Source: Gemmata obscuriglobus (GTDB lineage Bacteria; Planctomycetota; Planctomycetia; Gemmatales; Gemmataceae). From it: a DNA stretch of 32,000 bases. The position numbers were made by a program, and so were the translations under genes. Location: NCBI RefSeq assembly GCF_008065095.1, contig NZ_CP042911.1, positions 2,550,001 through 2,582,000 of the forward strand. The letters are read 5' to 3'. Under the pieces are notes generated by a model. The model was given only the letters and a program-made list of their open reading frames with translations, was not told the origin of the DNA and ran no database searches. This document shows, one piece after another, positions 1-8,987 of this stretch (its first letter is position 1; each line of letters begins with the position of its first letter).

Positions 1-847
1 TACTTCCCGCTGTATCAACGAAGAGAGTCGCCGTTCGCACCGGCCGTCAAGGTTCGCGTTCAGCGCGGCCAAGTCGTGTAACAGATCGCAGGACGGATCG
101 GTTTTGAACGCGGCTTCGGTCTCGTCGCGGGTGCGGACCAATGCCTCTCGTGCGAGGGTGGGAACGGCTGCCAACTGAACCCAGTAACTCTGCGCGAACG
201 AACAGCGACCCCTTCAGCCCTTGCTGGTATCGAAGGGCGTTGTGGTGGGACCACGAGAGCTTCGCGACATCATCTGTACCGCACCGGCTTCACACCTCGA
301 TTGTCTCGCGTATCACAGGGTCTTCTTTACAGATCCCTTCAGCAACGGCATTTTCGGCAAGGTTGAAATGCGTTGATCCGGACTCACCATGGAGCGCGTT
401 GCCATCAGGTTGGTAGGGGGCCGCAGCGGGCGCTACACGAATCATGTGGCCGAGGCCCCAGGTGCAGCCAGCCTGCCAGGGTTAGTGACAGAGGAGTGGG
501 TGCTCGCGGCACGAGCGACATTCGCGGACGGGACGGGCGATGGGGTATGAACTGACGTTCCGCGGGCGATTCGCTGCCTATTCGCTGGTACGGCATTACC
601 ACCGAATCGCGCCCTCAAAACCCGGACAATCGCTCCCGGTGAGCTGATCTGGGCTTCCGCGTAACGCGAAACGTCTGCTGTAACACGTTTCTGCGGCGAC
701 TCTTACGGCGGGTGCTGGTTCGGCACAGGGAACACCCGTCTCGGGCGAAAACTGGTGCGGTCGCTTCACCCGAGGCTTCTCAAACGGCCAGAACTACCAC
801 GCAGGGGGAATTGGCGATGTGCGTGAAATCGATGCCGCGTCCGAGTC

Positions 848-886
848 ACAGAGGGGCGTTTCACCTCCGAGTTCACGCCCCTCTGT
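848..886 (-). terminator. Stem-loop 8 nt downstream of the stop of the large secreted-protein gene; candidate terminator
   Basis: Hand-paired 12-bp perfect stem: 848-859 acagaggggcgt pairs with 875-886 acgcccctctgt, with a 15-nt loop. It sits directly after the minus-strand stop codon (895-897). There is no U-tract on the minus-strand side, so its function as an intrinsic terminator is uncertain. Confidence 0.4.
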
Positions 887-894
887 TTGGAGGA

Positions 895-3800
895 TTACGC
901 CTTCACCAGGATGGCCCCTTCGCCGTTGCGGAGGGTGATCGAGGTCACGTACTGGCCCAGCGTGCCGTTCGAGTTCACGATCCGGTACGTGCCGCCGAGC
1001 TGGTGCGTCGTCGCGGTGTTGTTGCCGGTCGTCCCTTCGCCCTTGCCCTGGGCATACGACAGGGGCTTGTACAGCACCAGCGCGTTCTCGTACTCCCGCG
1101 CCATCACCTGGTACGTGAGGGCCGAGTTCGCCGGGTCGGTTCCGGTGGCGAGCACCTTCATGGAGCCGACCGGCGCGCCGACGTTCACGTTCACCGCCGG
1201 CGACCAGTGCTCGGTCCACGAGGACGACGGGCTGTCGCCGCCGAAGAACATCAGGAACGAGCGGTCCGGGTCCGCGACCAGGTAGTAGTACGCGAGCGTC
1301 GCGAGCTGCGTGCGCGAGTCGTACCGCGACCCGCCCTCGGGGCTGCTGTCGATCACCAGGTACGGCGCGTTCGGGCTGTTCAGCCGGCGCTGGATGAGGT
1401 TCACCGCGTCGCCCACCTCGGACCAGTTGGCCGACATCGGGCGGATGAGGAACTCCTCGAACGACCCCGCGGAGCCGGCGGTGATCGCGTCCGCGGTGGT
1501 GGACCCGCCCGCGGTGTTCGCCAGCACCCACCGCGGGGCGATCGCCCGCGACACGGCGCTCATCAGCGCGCCGGAGTCCTCGGCGAACGTGGCCGTCGGC
1601 TCCAGCACGCTGGTGCCCGCGAACGGCACCTTGCCGGTCGCGTTGTCCATGAACACCCCGTCGGCCAGCGGGTTGGCGGTCAGCAGTTGGACGTGGTACT
1701 CCTGCGCCCAGTGCCGCACCGCGGACGACGACGGGTTCGTCACGAACCGCATCTGGCCGTAGTAGGGGTAGAACAGCCGCGTCTCGTACACGAACCGGGC
1801 GTCGAACCCCGCCTGGCGGCCGGCGTACTCGGCGTCGTTCAGGTAGCCGTCGTGGTCCTTGTCCGCGGCGTAGTCGAACGCCGGGATGGTGCCCGTGCTG
1901 GCGCCGTTGGCGTTCACGTAGTCGCGCCCGAAGATCGTCTTCAGCTCCGGGGCGGAGCCGGCCGCGCCCGCGGTGACGCGGAGCCGTACCGAGTACAGCA
2001 GCGCGCCGCCGGGCGTCGCCGCGGCCGGCACCCAGTCCTTCGGCGGGTCGAATGTGATCCGCCCCGAGGTCCGCAGCGCCGCCGTCTGGTCGGATGTGAG
2101 GGTGAGCGTCTTCCAGGCGGTCGGGTTGCCGCTCGCGTCCACGGCGGTGGCGTACTCCCACACGCCCGACCAGTTCCCCGTCGCGCCGTTCCCGAGCGTG
2201 ACGTTCATCTCGCGGAACTTCTCGACGTACCCGAACGACGTGGTGGTGCCCGCGGCCCCGAGCGACACGGCCGTTGCGCGGCCGCCCCGCGCCGCCGAAG
2301 TAATGTCCGTCGGGGTCCCGGTGCCGTTCGACTGGTACGCGCCCCAGAACCAGTTCACCGGCTGCGACGACGGGCTGGAACCGGTGAACGCGGTCGCCTT
2401 CGTGACGTGGTAGAACGCCAGCTCGCGCGACACCCCGGTGCGGTCCGCGTACGCGAGCCAGCTCGTCAACAGCCCCTGGTAGAGGTTCGAGACGTTGCTG
2501 TAGATAAGCTGCGGGGTGTCCGGGCTGGCGCCCTGGATGGCGCCGAGGTAGCTCGGGTTCGGGATCACCAGGTCGACGCTGTCGCGGAGCAGTTGCTGCT
2601 CGAACGCGCCGGTGATCGGGGTGCCGCTGTACGCGAGCTGCGCGATGCGGATGTAGCTGTAGTGCCGCGGGATCTCCGGGGCCGGCAGCGGGTCCATGTT
2701 GGGGTTCGAGACGGTCAGCGTGATCTCCTTGGAGGTCACGTTGCCGGCGCTGTCGAACGCGCGAACGGTGAGCGTGTACGTTCCGTTGACGACCGTGGTG
2801 CTGTCGAACGTCCACTCGGCCGGCGTCGTGGCGGACACCGCGCGGACCTGGTTGTTGAGCCGGAACTCGACGCGCTCGAAGTCCCCGGTGATGGTGGCGC
2901 GGAAGGTGACCTCGCCGGTCACGTCGCCGCCGGCCCCGCTGGCCCCGTTCACGCGGGTGACCGTGACCTGCGGTCCGGTGGACTGGCCCGCGGGCTTGGC
3001 CTCGAAGTCGTCCACGGTGAGCGCGCCGGACGCCGCCGCCTTCCGCCCGACGCCCGCCCGGCCGCCCGCGGTGATGCTCGCGTCGCGGAGGTCCAGCACG
3101 AAGTCCGGGCTGTCGGACCACGAGCCGTCCGGCGTGAGCCACTGGCGGGTGTCGGTGCGGTACAGTTGCACGCGCAGCCGGTCGCCCTCGGCGACGAGCC
3201 GGGCGCGGACCCACACGCCCGAAACGTACGCGGTCGATTTGATCGACCCGAGGACGGTTTCGGTGCCGTTGACCACCTTTACCAGTTGCGCGGTCAGCCC
3301 GCGCGTGAGGCTGATGGCGTAGTACGTGGGCGTGCCGCCCTGCAGGTTCGAGCCGCGGGCGAACACCTGCGCCGGGATGAGGCTGTCGAGGTACACCGCC
3401 GCGGACACGTCGATGTCGGCCGGCAACTCCGCATCGGCCCACGCGCGGGCGGCCGTGTTCGACAGCCCGTTGGACGCGAGGCCGTTCGAGGGGCTGAGGG
3501 CGCGGGCGGTACTCGTTTGGAAGCCGTTCGCCGCGGCCGTGGACCAACCGCTCCACCCCACGGGGAGCGCGCCGGCGGCGGTCGAGTCGAACGACTGGGT
3601 GACCACCCCGGGCACGACGGGCGGGTCCGCGACGAACGCGGAGAAGTTGTCCAGCGCGACCGCGCCGGCGTAGAGCGCGTTGCGACCGATGCCGACCTTG
3701 CCGTCCGCGGCCGCGAGAGTGGTGGTGGCCGAAATCGCGCTGGTCGCGGCCGCCTGCCACGTGCCGGCCGCCGTGAGGTACTGTCCGGTGTCGGCCCGGG

Positions 3801-4314
3801 TCACTTCGACCTTCGCGGTCGCGCCGTCGGGGACCAGCGACACACGGATCCACTGGCCCGAGAGGTACGAGGAGCCGGGCGAGCTCACGGTGCCGAGCAC
3901 CCGTGCCGTGCCGCCGCTCACCTCGACAAGTTGAACCTTCAGCCCGCGGGTCACGACGGCCGCGAGGTAGCTCCGGTCGCCCGTCTCGAGGTTCGAGCCG
4001 CGGGCGAACACGAACGCGGGCACCAGCGAGTCCGCTCGGAGCGAGGTCGAGACGCCGGCGTCTGCGGGAACGGTTTGCGGGTGCCAGGCGAGTGCCGCGG
4101 TGCGGCTCCCGCCCTGCGACAGCGCGCCGGCCGTGCCCTCCATGCCGCTCCCGGTCGCGGAGGCGAGCGCCGCGGTCCCGTCGCTGGACCACGTCGCCCA
4201 CCCGGAGGGCAGGGCCGGCGTGGCGACCGCGTCGAAGGTCTCGGTAAAGAGGACGGAGGGGTTCTCGCGGGTCTCGAGCGACTCGAACGAAAGGCGCGTG
4301 CGCAGGGATGGCAT
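895..4314 (-). CDS. Large secreted multidomain protein: LExLExR-type N-terminus, two tandem ~200-aa LamG/concanavalin-like beta-sandwich repeats, one Ig-like domain, and a ~590-aa C-terminal glycoside-hydrolase-like region (last assignment tentative)
   Basis: This is the only one of three overlapping >1100-codon ORFs with protein-like composition (T/S/A/G/N-rich, few Arg). The track frame is 895..4464. I prefer the ATG at 4314 (cat at 4312-4314), giving MPSLRTRLSFESLETRENPS, because the 50 upstream codons are Arg/Thr/Pro-rich and junk-like. There is an internal duplication (SLVPAFVFARGSNLETGDRSYLAAVVTRGLKVQLVEV vs SLIPAQVFARGSNLQGGTPTYYAISLTRGLTAQLVKV) and an Ig-like segment (GTYTLTVRAFDSAGNVTSKEITLTVSN). 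The C-terminal GVFMDN and EEFL motifs are reminiscent of TIM-barrel GH-like families. Confidence 0.8.
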   Translation of the reverse strand: MPSLRTRLSFESLETRENPSVLFTETFDAVATPALPSGWATWSSDGTAALASATGSGMEGTAGALSQGGSRTAALAWHPQTVPADAGVSTSLRADSLVPAFVFARGSNLETGDRSYLAAVVTRGLKVQLVEVSGGTARVLGTVSSPGSSYLSGQWIRVSLVPDGATAKVEVTRADTGQYLTAAGTWQAAATSAISATTTLAAADGKVGIGRNALYAGAVALDNFSAFVADPPVVPGVVTQSFDSTAAGALPVGWSGWSTAAANGFQTSTARALSPSNGLASNGLSNTAARAWADAELPADIDVSAAVYLDSLIPAQVFARGSNLQGGTPTYYAISLTRGLTAQLVKVVNGTETVLGSIKSTAYVSGVWVRARLVAEGDRLRVQLYRTDTRQWLTPDGSWSDSPDFVLDLRDASITAGGRAGVGRKAAASGALTVDDFEAKPAGQSTGPQVTVTRVNGASGAGGDVTGEVTFRATITGDFERVEFRLNNQVRAVSATTPAEWTFDSTTVVNGTYTLTVRAFDSAGNVTSKEITLTVSNPNMDPLPAPEIPRHYSYIRIAQLAYSGTPITGAFEQQLLRDSVDLVIPNPSYLGAIQGASPDTPQLIYSNVSNLYQGLLTSWLAYADRTGVSRELAFYHVTKATAFTGSSPSSQPVNWFWGAYQSNGTGTPTDITSAARGGRATAVSLGAAGTTTSFGYVEKFREMNVTLGNGATGNWSGVWEYATAVDASGNPTAWKTLTLTSDQTAALRTSGRITFDPPKDWVPAAATPGGALLYSVRLRVTAGAAGSAPELKTIFGRDYVNANGASTGTIPAFDYAADKDHDGYLNDAEYAGRQAGFDARFVYETRLFYPYYGQMRFVTNPSSSAVRHWAQEYHVQLLTANPLADGVFMDNATGKVPFAGTSVLEPTATFAEDSGALMSAVSRAIAPRWVLANTAGGSTTADAITAGSAGSFEEFLIRPMSANWSEVGDAVNLIQRRLNSPNAPYLVIDSSPEGGSRYDSRTQLATLAYYYLVADPDRSFLMFFGGDSPSSSWTEHWSPAVNVNVGAPVGSMKVLATGTDPANSALTYQVMAREYENALVLYKPLSYAQGKGEGTTGNNTATTHQLGGTYRIVNSNGTLGQYVTSITLRNGEGAILVKA

Positions 4315-4718
4315 GACGCGACGTTGCTCCTCAACGGTGGTGGTCGTCCCCGCGAGGGGGCGGTTCGGGCGCGGCGGCTTCCGGACCGTTCGTGACCGTG
4401 TCGTGGTGTCGTCAGTTGGAGTTCGGCCGCCAGACGAGCGGCCGGAGAAGAATTGCGCGTGCAATGTGCGGGGGCGTATGGGCGGGTGCCCTTACCGCAC
4501 AGATGACGGGCGCGACCGGCACAACGGGAATGGTTTCGCGTACGAGAGGCCGTTCTCCGTGCCCTTCGACCAAACATGAGGGAGACGCAGTCACCTTCAT
4601 GACAACCGACAAAGGTCGCGGCACGCTAAACGTTTGCCGCGTCGCCCTGTTTACAGCCCTGAAGAAGACTTTGCGATCGTTTTGCCCTGCGCTTGGTGGA
4701 GGAGTTGTGAAACGGTTC

Positions 4719-6161
4719 TTACGGCTCGCCCGGAACGCCGCCCGCGCCGATCCGCACGACCCGCACCGTCGGGCACCGCGGGCCGCCGGCGATCGGGTGC
4801 CCCGCCAGCAGCACCACCCGTTCCCCGGGTGCTATCGTGCCGGCGCGGAACGCGTCCAGTACGGCAGTAGTCATCCGGTCACCCCCTGGTTCGACGGGCG
4901 TCATCCGCACGGGCGCGATGCCCCACACGAGCGCCAGTCGCTGAAGAACCGCGTCCGTGGGCGCAACCGCGACGACCCGCGCGCGCGGCCGGTGCCGTGC
5001 CGCCAGTTTCGCTGTGCGTCCGGAGAGGGTCGGTGTGACGATCGCCGTCGCGCCCACCTCGTCCGCCAGCGCGCACGCGGCCAGCGTGATCGATTCATCG
5101 ATCTCGTCGGCCGCGGTGTAGCTCGTGACCAGCGGCCCGCGGCCGCGCACCAGCGCGAAGTGCGACTCCGTTTCGACCGCGATCCGGTCCATGCACGAGA
5201 CCGCTTCGACCGGGTACGACCCGACCGCCGTCTCGCCCGACAGCATCACCGCGTCGGTGCCGTCGAAGATGGCGTTGGCCACGTCGCTCGCTTCGGCGCG
5301 GGTCGGGCGCGGGTTGTTCCGCATCGAGTCGAGCATGTCCGTCGCCGTGATGACCGGCTTCCCGGCGGACCGGGCTTCCGCGATCAACTGCTTTTGCACC
5401 GTGGGCACCTGCTCCAGCGGCAACTCCACCCCGAGGTCGCCGCGGGCCACCATGATCGCGTCGAACGCGGCGATGATCGCGCCCGCCCGGCGCACGGCCT
5501 CCGGGCGCTCGATCTTGGCGAGTACCGGCACGTTCATGCCGAGCGCGGCGCACGCGGCCCGCACCTCGTCCGCCGCCTCGGCGCCGCGCACGAACGACAC
5601 CGCCACCCAATCCACCCCGGCCCGCGCCGCGACCGCCAGCGCCGCGCGGTCGCGGTCGGTGAGCGCCGCCATCGTGAGCGGCGTGTCGGGCAGGTTCAAC
5701 CCCTTGTTCGGGTGCAGCGGGCCGCCCACCGTCACACGCGCTTGGACGCGCCCGCCGCTCGTTTCGCCGGCCGTGAGCTGCAACCGCCCGTCATCGAGCA
5801 GCATGCGGTGCCCGGGGCGCACGTCCGCCAGCATTTCGGGTTCCGTGATGACGAGGTCGGACGCCTCGATCGGTGCGGAAGACAGTGAAAAGTGGATCGT
5901 GTCGCCGACGTTGAGGAACCGAAGCGCCGGAAGCTTCACCCGCAACTTCGGGCCGGGGAGATCGGCAAGCACCGCAACGAACTTGCCGACCCGTCGCGCC
6001 GCGGCGCGGAAGTTGGCCACGCGCCCGATGTGCTCCTCGGGGGCGCCGTGTGAGAAGTTCACCCGGGCCACATCGACGCCGGCACGGAGCACGGCTTCGA
6101 GTGCCGCCGGCGTGTCGGTTGCCGGCCCGAGCGTGGCGACGATCTTCGTTCGGCGGCTCAT
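4719..6161 (-). CDS. pyk: Pyruvate kinase
   Basis: MSRRTKIVATLGPAT...VDVARVNFSHG...VLADLPGPKLRV...MVARGDLGVELP...ITATDMLDSM...EASDVANAIFDGTDAVMLSGETA are canonical pyruvate kinase motifs. The start is moved to the ATG at 6161 (cat at 6159-6161); the 25 upstream codons in the track ORF are not PK-like. Confidence 0.93.
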   Translation of the reverse strand: MSRRTKIVATLGPATDTPAALEAVLRAGVDVARVNFSHGAPEEHIGRVANFRAAARRVGKFVAVLADLPGPKLRVKLPALRFLNVGDTIHFSLSSAPIEASDLVITEPEMLADVRPGHRMLLDDGRLQLTAGETSGGRVQARVTVGGPLHPNKGLNLPDTPLTMAALTDRDRAALAVAARAGVDWVAVSFVRGAEAADEVRAACAALGMNVPVLAKIERPEAVRRAGAIIAAFDAIMVARGDLGVELPLEQVPTVQKQLIAEARSAGKPVITATDMLDSMRNNPRPTRAEASDVANAIFDGTDAVMLSGETAVGSYPVEAVSCMDRIAVETESHFALVRGRGPLVTSYTAADEIDESITLAACALADEVGATAIVTPTLSGRTAKLAARHRPRARVVAVAPTDAVLQRLALVWGIAPVRMTPVEPGGDRMTTAVLDAFRAGTIAPGERVVLLAGHPIAGGPRCPTVRVVRIGAGGVPGEP

Positions 6162-6212
6162 GGCGCGTTCTCTGGGTACATTGGTTCGGGTGAGTGAGAG
6201 GAGAGGTGGTTT

Positions 6213-6794
6213 ATGGTTCGGGCGCGGCGCGTTCAATTCGTCAGCACCGTTACGGCGGTTCTGGCGCTCTCCGCGCTATTGTTTGCCCTGTTCGCGCCGG
6301 CCCTGGCGTTTCTGGAACCGTCGGCGCACGACACCACCCACGAAGCGATTCGGTCGTCGGCGGTGCGGGTGGTGCTGGTGTGGTGCTTTGCGTGGCCGAT
6401 CGCGCTCGCGCGAACCGTCGCCGTTCGGCTCCGGGTGCTCTGGACGCTCGGGTGCGCACTGCTGTTCGTACATATTGCGGTGGCATTTCACGTCGGGCAC
6501 GGGTGGTCGCACGCGGCCGCGTGGGAGCACACGCGGCAGGTGGGTGGGTACGGGGATGGGGTGTTTGTGAACTATGCGTTTGCGCTTGTGTGGCTGGTGG
6601 ATGTGGTGTGGGCGTGGGTCGCGTTCGGGTGGTACTTGCGGCGCCCGCGCTGGTTGACGTGGGCCGTGCACGGGTTCTTTTTGTTCATCATCTTCAACGC
6701 GGCGGTGGTGTTCGGTGGGTGGGTGTCGCGAGTGGTGCTTGGGGTGTTCTTCGTCGCTGGTGGGTATCGGATCGCGAGGTGCTACCACCCCTGA
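6213..6794 (+). CDS. Integral membrane protein of unknown function (about 5 predicted TM helices)
   Basis: ATG at 6213 is preceded by the purine-rich gagaggagaggtgg. The translation is dominated by hydrophobic and aromatic helices (VLALSALLFALFAPALAF, VVLVWCFAWPIAL, LWTLGCALLFVHIAVAF, FALVWLVDVVWAWVAFGWY, HGFFLFIIFNAAVVFGGW, VVLGVFFVAGG), unlike the Arg-rich overlapping frames. I do not recognise a family. Confidence 0.6.
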   Translation: MVRARRVQFVSTVTAVLALSALLFALFAPALAFLEPSAHDTTHEAIRSSAVRVVLVWCFAWPIALARTVAVRLRVLWTLGCALLFVHIAVAFHVGHGWSHAAAWEHTRQVGGYGDGVFVNYAFALVWLVDVVWAWVAFGWYLRRPRWLTWAVHGFFLFIIFNAAVVFGGWVSRVVLGVFFVAGGYRIARCYHP

Positions 6795-6880
6795 CGGAGC
6801 TTTCGCACCGGCACGAAGTTCGCGCGTCATCAAAAACGGTCGCGCGGCGGTTGCGGGTGCGGTGGTGTGAACTAAAGTTG

Positions 6881-7846
6881 GTGACGGTTCGGTGGAGCCG
6901 GCCTACGTTTTACGGCGAGCGGCGTATCAGCGTGCAACAACCCAGTGCGACCGCCGACGACCCGCTGCCCGACCTCGTTCGGGCGCTGCGGAACGCCAGC
7001 GCCGCTATCCGGTTCCGGGCCGCCAAAGACTTGGGGCGACTCGGGTGGCTGGCGCGCGAGGCGATGCCTGCACTGGTGCACGCGCTGGACGACGAGGACG
7101 CGAAGGTGCGCGAGACCGCCGCGCACGCCATCGGCGGGATGGGGCCGGAAGCGCTGATCGTGCTCGTGCGGATGCTGGAGCACCACGACAAGTACGTGCG
7201 GCGGCACGCGGTCTGGGCGCTGGGCAAGCTCGGCCCGCTGGCGCGGGCGGCGCTGCCGGACCTGTGCCGCTCGCTGAAAGACCCGGACCCGCGCGCCGCG
7301 AGCGGCGCCGCGCAAGCGCTGGGGAACCTCGGGGCCGACGGAGCCGACGGGGTACTGGCCCTCGCGGAGGCGATGCGGGGGACAAACATCGTGCTGTGCC
7401 GGCTGGCATCGAAGGCGCTCAGCCAGATCGGTCCGCCGGCGCTGGCTACGCTCATCGCCCACCTGCAGCACGCGGACCCATTTGTGCGCGGCGAGTCGGC
7501 GCTCGCCCTCGGGTGGATGGGGACGCCCGCGCGGTCCGCGGTCCCGTTCCTGGCGCGGGTGCTGCGCGGGTCCGACGTGGCCCTGAGCCACACCCCGGCG
7601 CCGACCGTAACCCCGACCGCGATCCCGGTTCCTAACGACAGCGCCGCACTGACCCCGCCACAACTGAACGGCCCGGACGGGACGTCGGCGGAGATGACCT
7701 GTCGGGTGTACGCGGCGCAGGCGCTGGGGCGGATCGGTTCGGCCGCGGCCGCGGCCCTGCCGGACCTGCGGGACGCTGCCCGCCACGCCCCCGAACCGCT
7801 CTGCGCGGCCGCCCAGCAGGCGGTTCGCCAGATCCAGGGGACGTGA
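6881..7846 (+). CDS. HEAT-repeat (PBS-lyase-type) protein
   Basis: Repeated units of the type VRxxAAxALGxxGPxAxxALPxLxxxLxDxD: IRFRAAKDLGRLG, VRETAAHAIGGMGPEA, VRRHAVWALGKLGPLARAALPDL, AASGAAQALGNLG, VRGESALALGWMG, RVYAAQALGRIGSAAAAALPDL. No in-frame ATG precedes the first repeat. Candidate starts are GTG 6881, TTG 6878 and GTG 6932. The N-terminal 229 codons of track ORF 6194..7846 are a shadow of the membrane-protein gene. Confidence 0.72.
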   Translation: MTVRWSRPTFYGERRISVQQPSATADDPLPDLVRALRNASAAIRFRAAKDLGRLGWLAREAMPALVHALDDEDAKVRETAAHAIGGMGPEALIVLVRMLEHHDKYVRRHAVWALGKLGPLARAALPDLCRSLKDPDPRAASGAAQALGNLGADGADGVLALAEAMRGTNIVLCRLASKALSQIGPPALATLIAHLQHADPFVRGESALALGWMGTPARSAVPFLARVLRGSDVALSHTPAPTVTPTAIPVPNDSAALTPPQLNGPDGTSAEMTCRVYAAQALGRIGSAAAAALPDLRDAARHAPEPLCAAAQQAVRQIQGT

Positions 7847-7850
7847 ACGC

Positions 7851-8615
7851 TCAGCCGTCCACTCCTCCAGAGACCACGTTACGCCACTCGGCCGGGAACG
7901 TCTCCCAAGCTGACTGATAGGTCGCTTCCAGCGGCACCTGGACGTACCGCTCGGCGTCGAGGAACAGCGGCGCGTCCGGGATCGTCTCGCCCACCGCAAG
8001 CGGGTTCACCAGCGCCGTCACCTCCTCGCCCGCGCAGTACGCCGCGATTGTTAGGGGGCGGTCGGCGGGCTGTACGAATTCCTTGTCGGTCAGCTCCTTC
8101 CAGATCGCGCCGTGAACCCCGTTCGGGTCGCGCCGGGTTGGCGGGAACGGGTCGATCACGATCAGGTGCAGCCCCGCGTGAATCATCCCGCATGCCTTGC
8201 CAACGAACGCATCGAAGTTTGATACGCCGTCCTTGTTGCCGGGCGACACCAACTCGATGATCGCGACCATCCGGTGGTCGCTGACGTGCCGGATGCTGAG
8301 CCGGCGCTGCCCCTGCGGAAGCGGAACACGTTTCTCCTTTGCTTCGACTCGCGCCCGTGGCGGTGCCTCCGCGATTGCAACCCCGCCGGAGCGGTTGGGG
8401 AGTTCCCGAGGCGAACCGTTATGGGAGCCGTTGCCGGCCGGATTGTGAAGCGTCAGTACGTCTGGGCCGAAGGTCCGCATCATCTGTTCTGCGAGCGCGT
8501 AATACCCGGGCGGCAAAGCACACCCGTTGAGAGCCGCGGCGATGGTATACAGCCAACTACCGTGGAAATGGTGGTAGATACCAGCTTCAACCCGCGTCCA
8601 GTCGTGCATCGGCAT
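7851..8615 (-). CDS. DUF4058-family protein (putative PD-(D/E)XK-related, function unknown)
   Basis: The N-terminus MPMHDWTRVEAGIYHHFHGSWL and the core VAIIELVSPGNK match my memory of proteins annotated DUF4058 in planctomycetes and cyanobacteria. ggaggg lies 8 nt upstream of the ATG at 8615. The family assignment is from recall, not a search. Confidence 0.72.
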   Translation of the reverse strand: MPMHDWTRVEAGIYHHFHGSWLYTIAAALNGCALPPGYYALAEQMMRTFGPDVLTLHNPAGNGSHNGSPRELPNRSGGVAIAEAPPRARVEAKEKRVPLPQGQRRLSIRHVSDHRMVAIIELVSPGNKDGVSNFDAFVGKACGMIHAGLHLIVIDPFPPTRRDPNGVHGAIWKELTDKEFVQPADRPLTIAAYCAGEEVTALVNPLAVGETIPDAPLFLDAERYVQVPLEATYQSAWETFPAEWRNVVSGGVDG

Positions 8616-8987
8616 GGGATGCCCTCCGTGCTGCCATTCTAAACTGCCTCTCCCTCACCGAGTAATGTGGGTTCGGCTCTGCTTTTTCACACGCTCGACC
8701 CAAGACGTTCGGTTGGTTCGGGCGCCCAGATTACCTCGCTTCACCGCTCGCGTCTTCTGGCACCCCGTGACCAACCGGCAGAGCCGGTGCGAATCGCAAT
8801 CGGACTCAAGCCGTGTCTCGAGATGTGCCGATTCTTCCGTGTAGCAGGACGACGTGCGTTGTCCGGGTTGGGCGCGGTGCGTCGGGGGACGCCCGTGAAA
8901 GCGGTTCGGGGAGCGGGCAACTTGGGGGAGTGCTCCCTCGGGCCGGCGCCCGCCGGTCCCGCCACGGCGGCAGAGCAGGAGCGTGCC

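Noticed and set aside
712-4395. 1227-aa plus-strand ORF, and the 1135-aa minus-strand ORF 794..4201, both overlapping the large secreted-protein gene
   Set aside because: Both translate to extreme Arg/Gly/Pro/His/Val-rich sequence with no hydrophobic core or recognisable motif. This is the classic signature of alternative or antisense frames in very GC-rich genes, where stop codons are rare. Only frame 895..4464 has protein-like composition and domain structure.
4315-4464. N-terminal extensions given by the ORF track. The regions are 4315..4464, 6162..6236, 26220..26438, 29846..30112, 20505..20624, 8667..8987, 10381..10626 and 26213..26440.
   Set aside because: The track reports the longest ORF and also treats GTG and TTG as M (verified at 18500 TTG, 23581 GTG and 29988 GTG). 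In each case an internal ATG yields a canonical N-terminus (signal peptide, family-typical start, or nearby Shine-Dalgarno-like motif), while the extension is junk-like or overlaps a neighbouring gene or hairpin.
4617-4641. 7-bp stem-loop (cgcggca / tgccgcg) about 78 nt downstream of the pyk stop as a terminator
   Set aside because: The stem is short, it is distant from the stop, and the U-tract on the transcribed (minus) strand is weak. This is not strong enough to report as a feature.
4392-6570. Plus-strand ORFs 4392..5888 (498 aa) and 5125..6570 (481 aa), antisense to pyruvate kinase
   Set aside because: These are shadow frames of pyk. Their composition is Arg/Ser/Ala/Pro-biased and I see no motifs, whereas the minus frame is an unambiguous pyruvate kinase.
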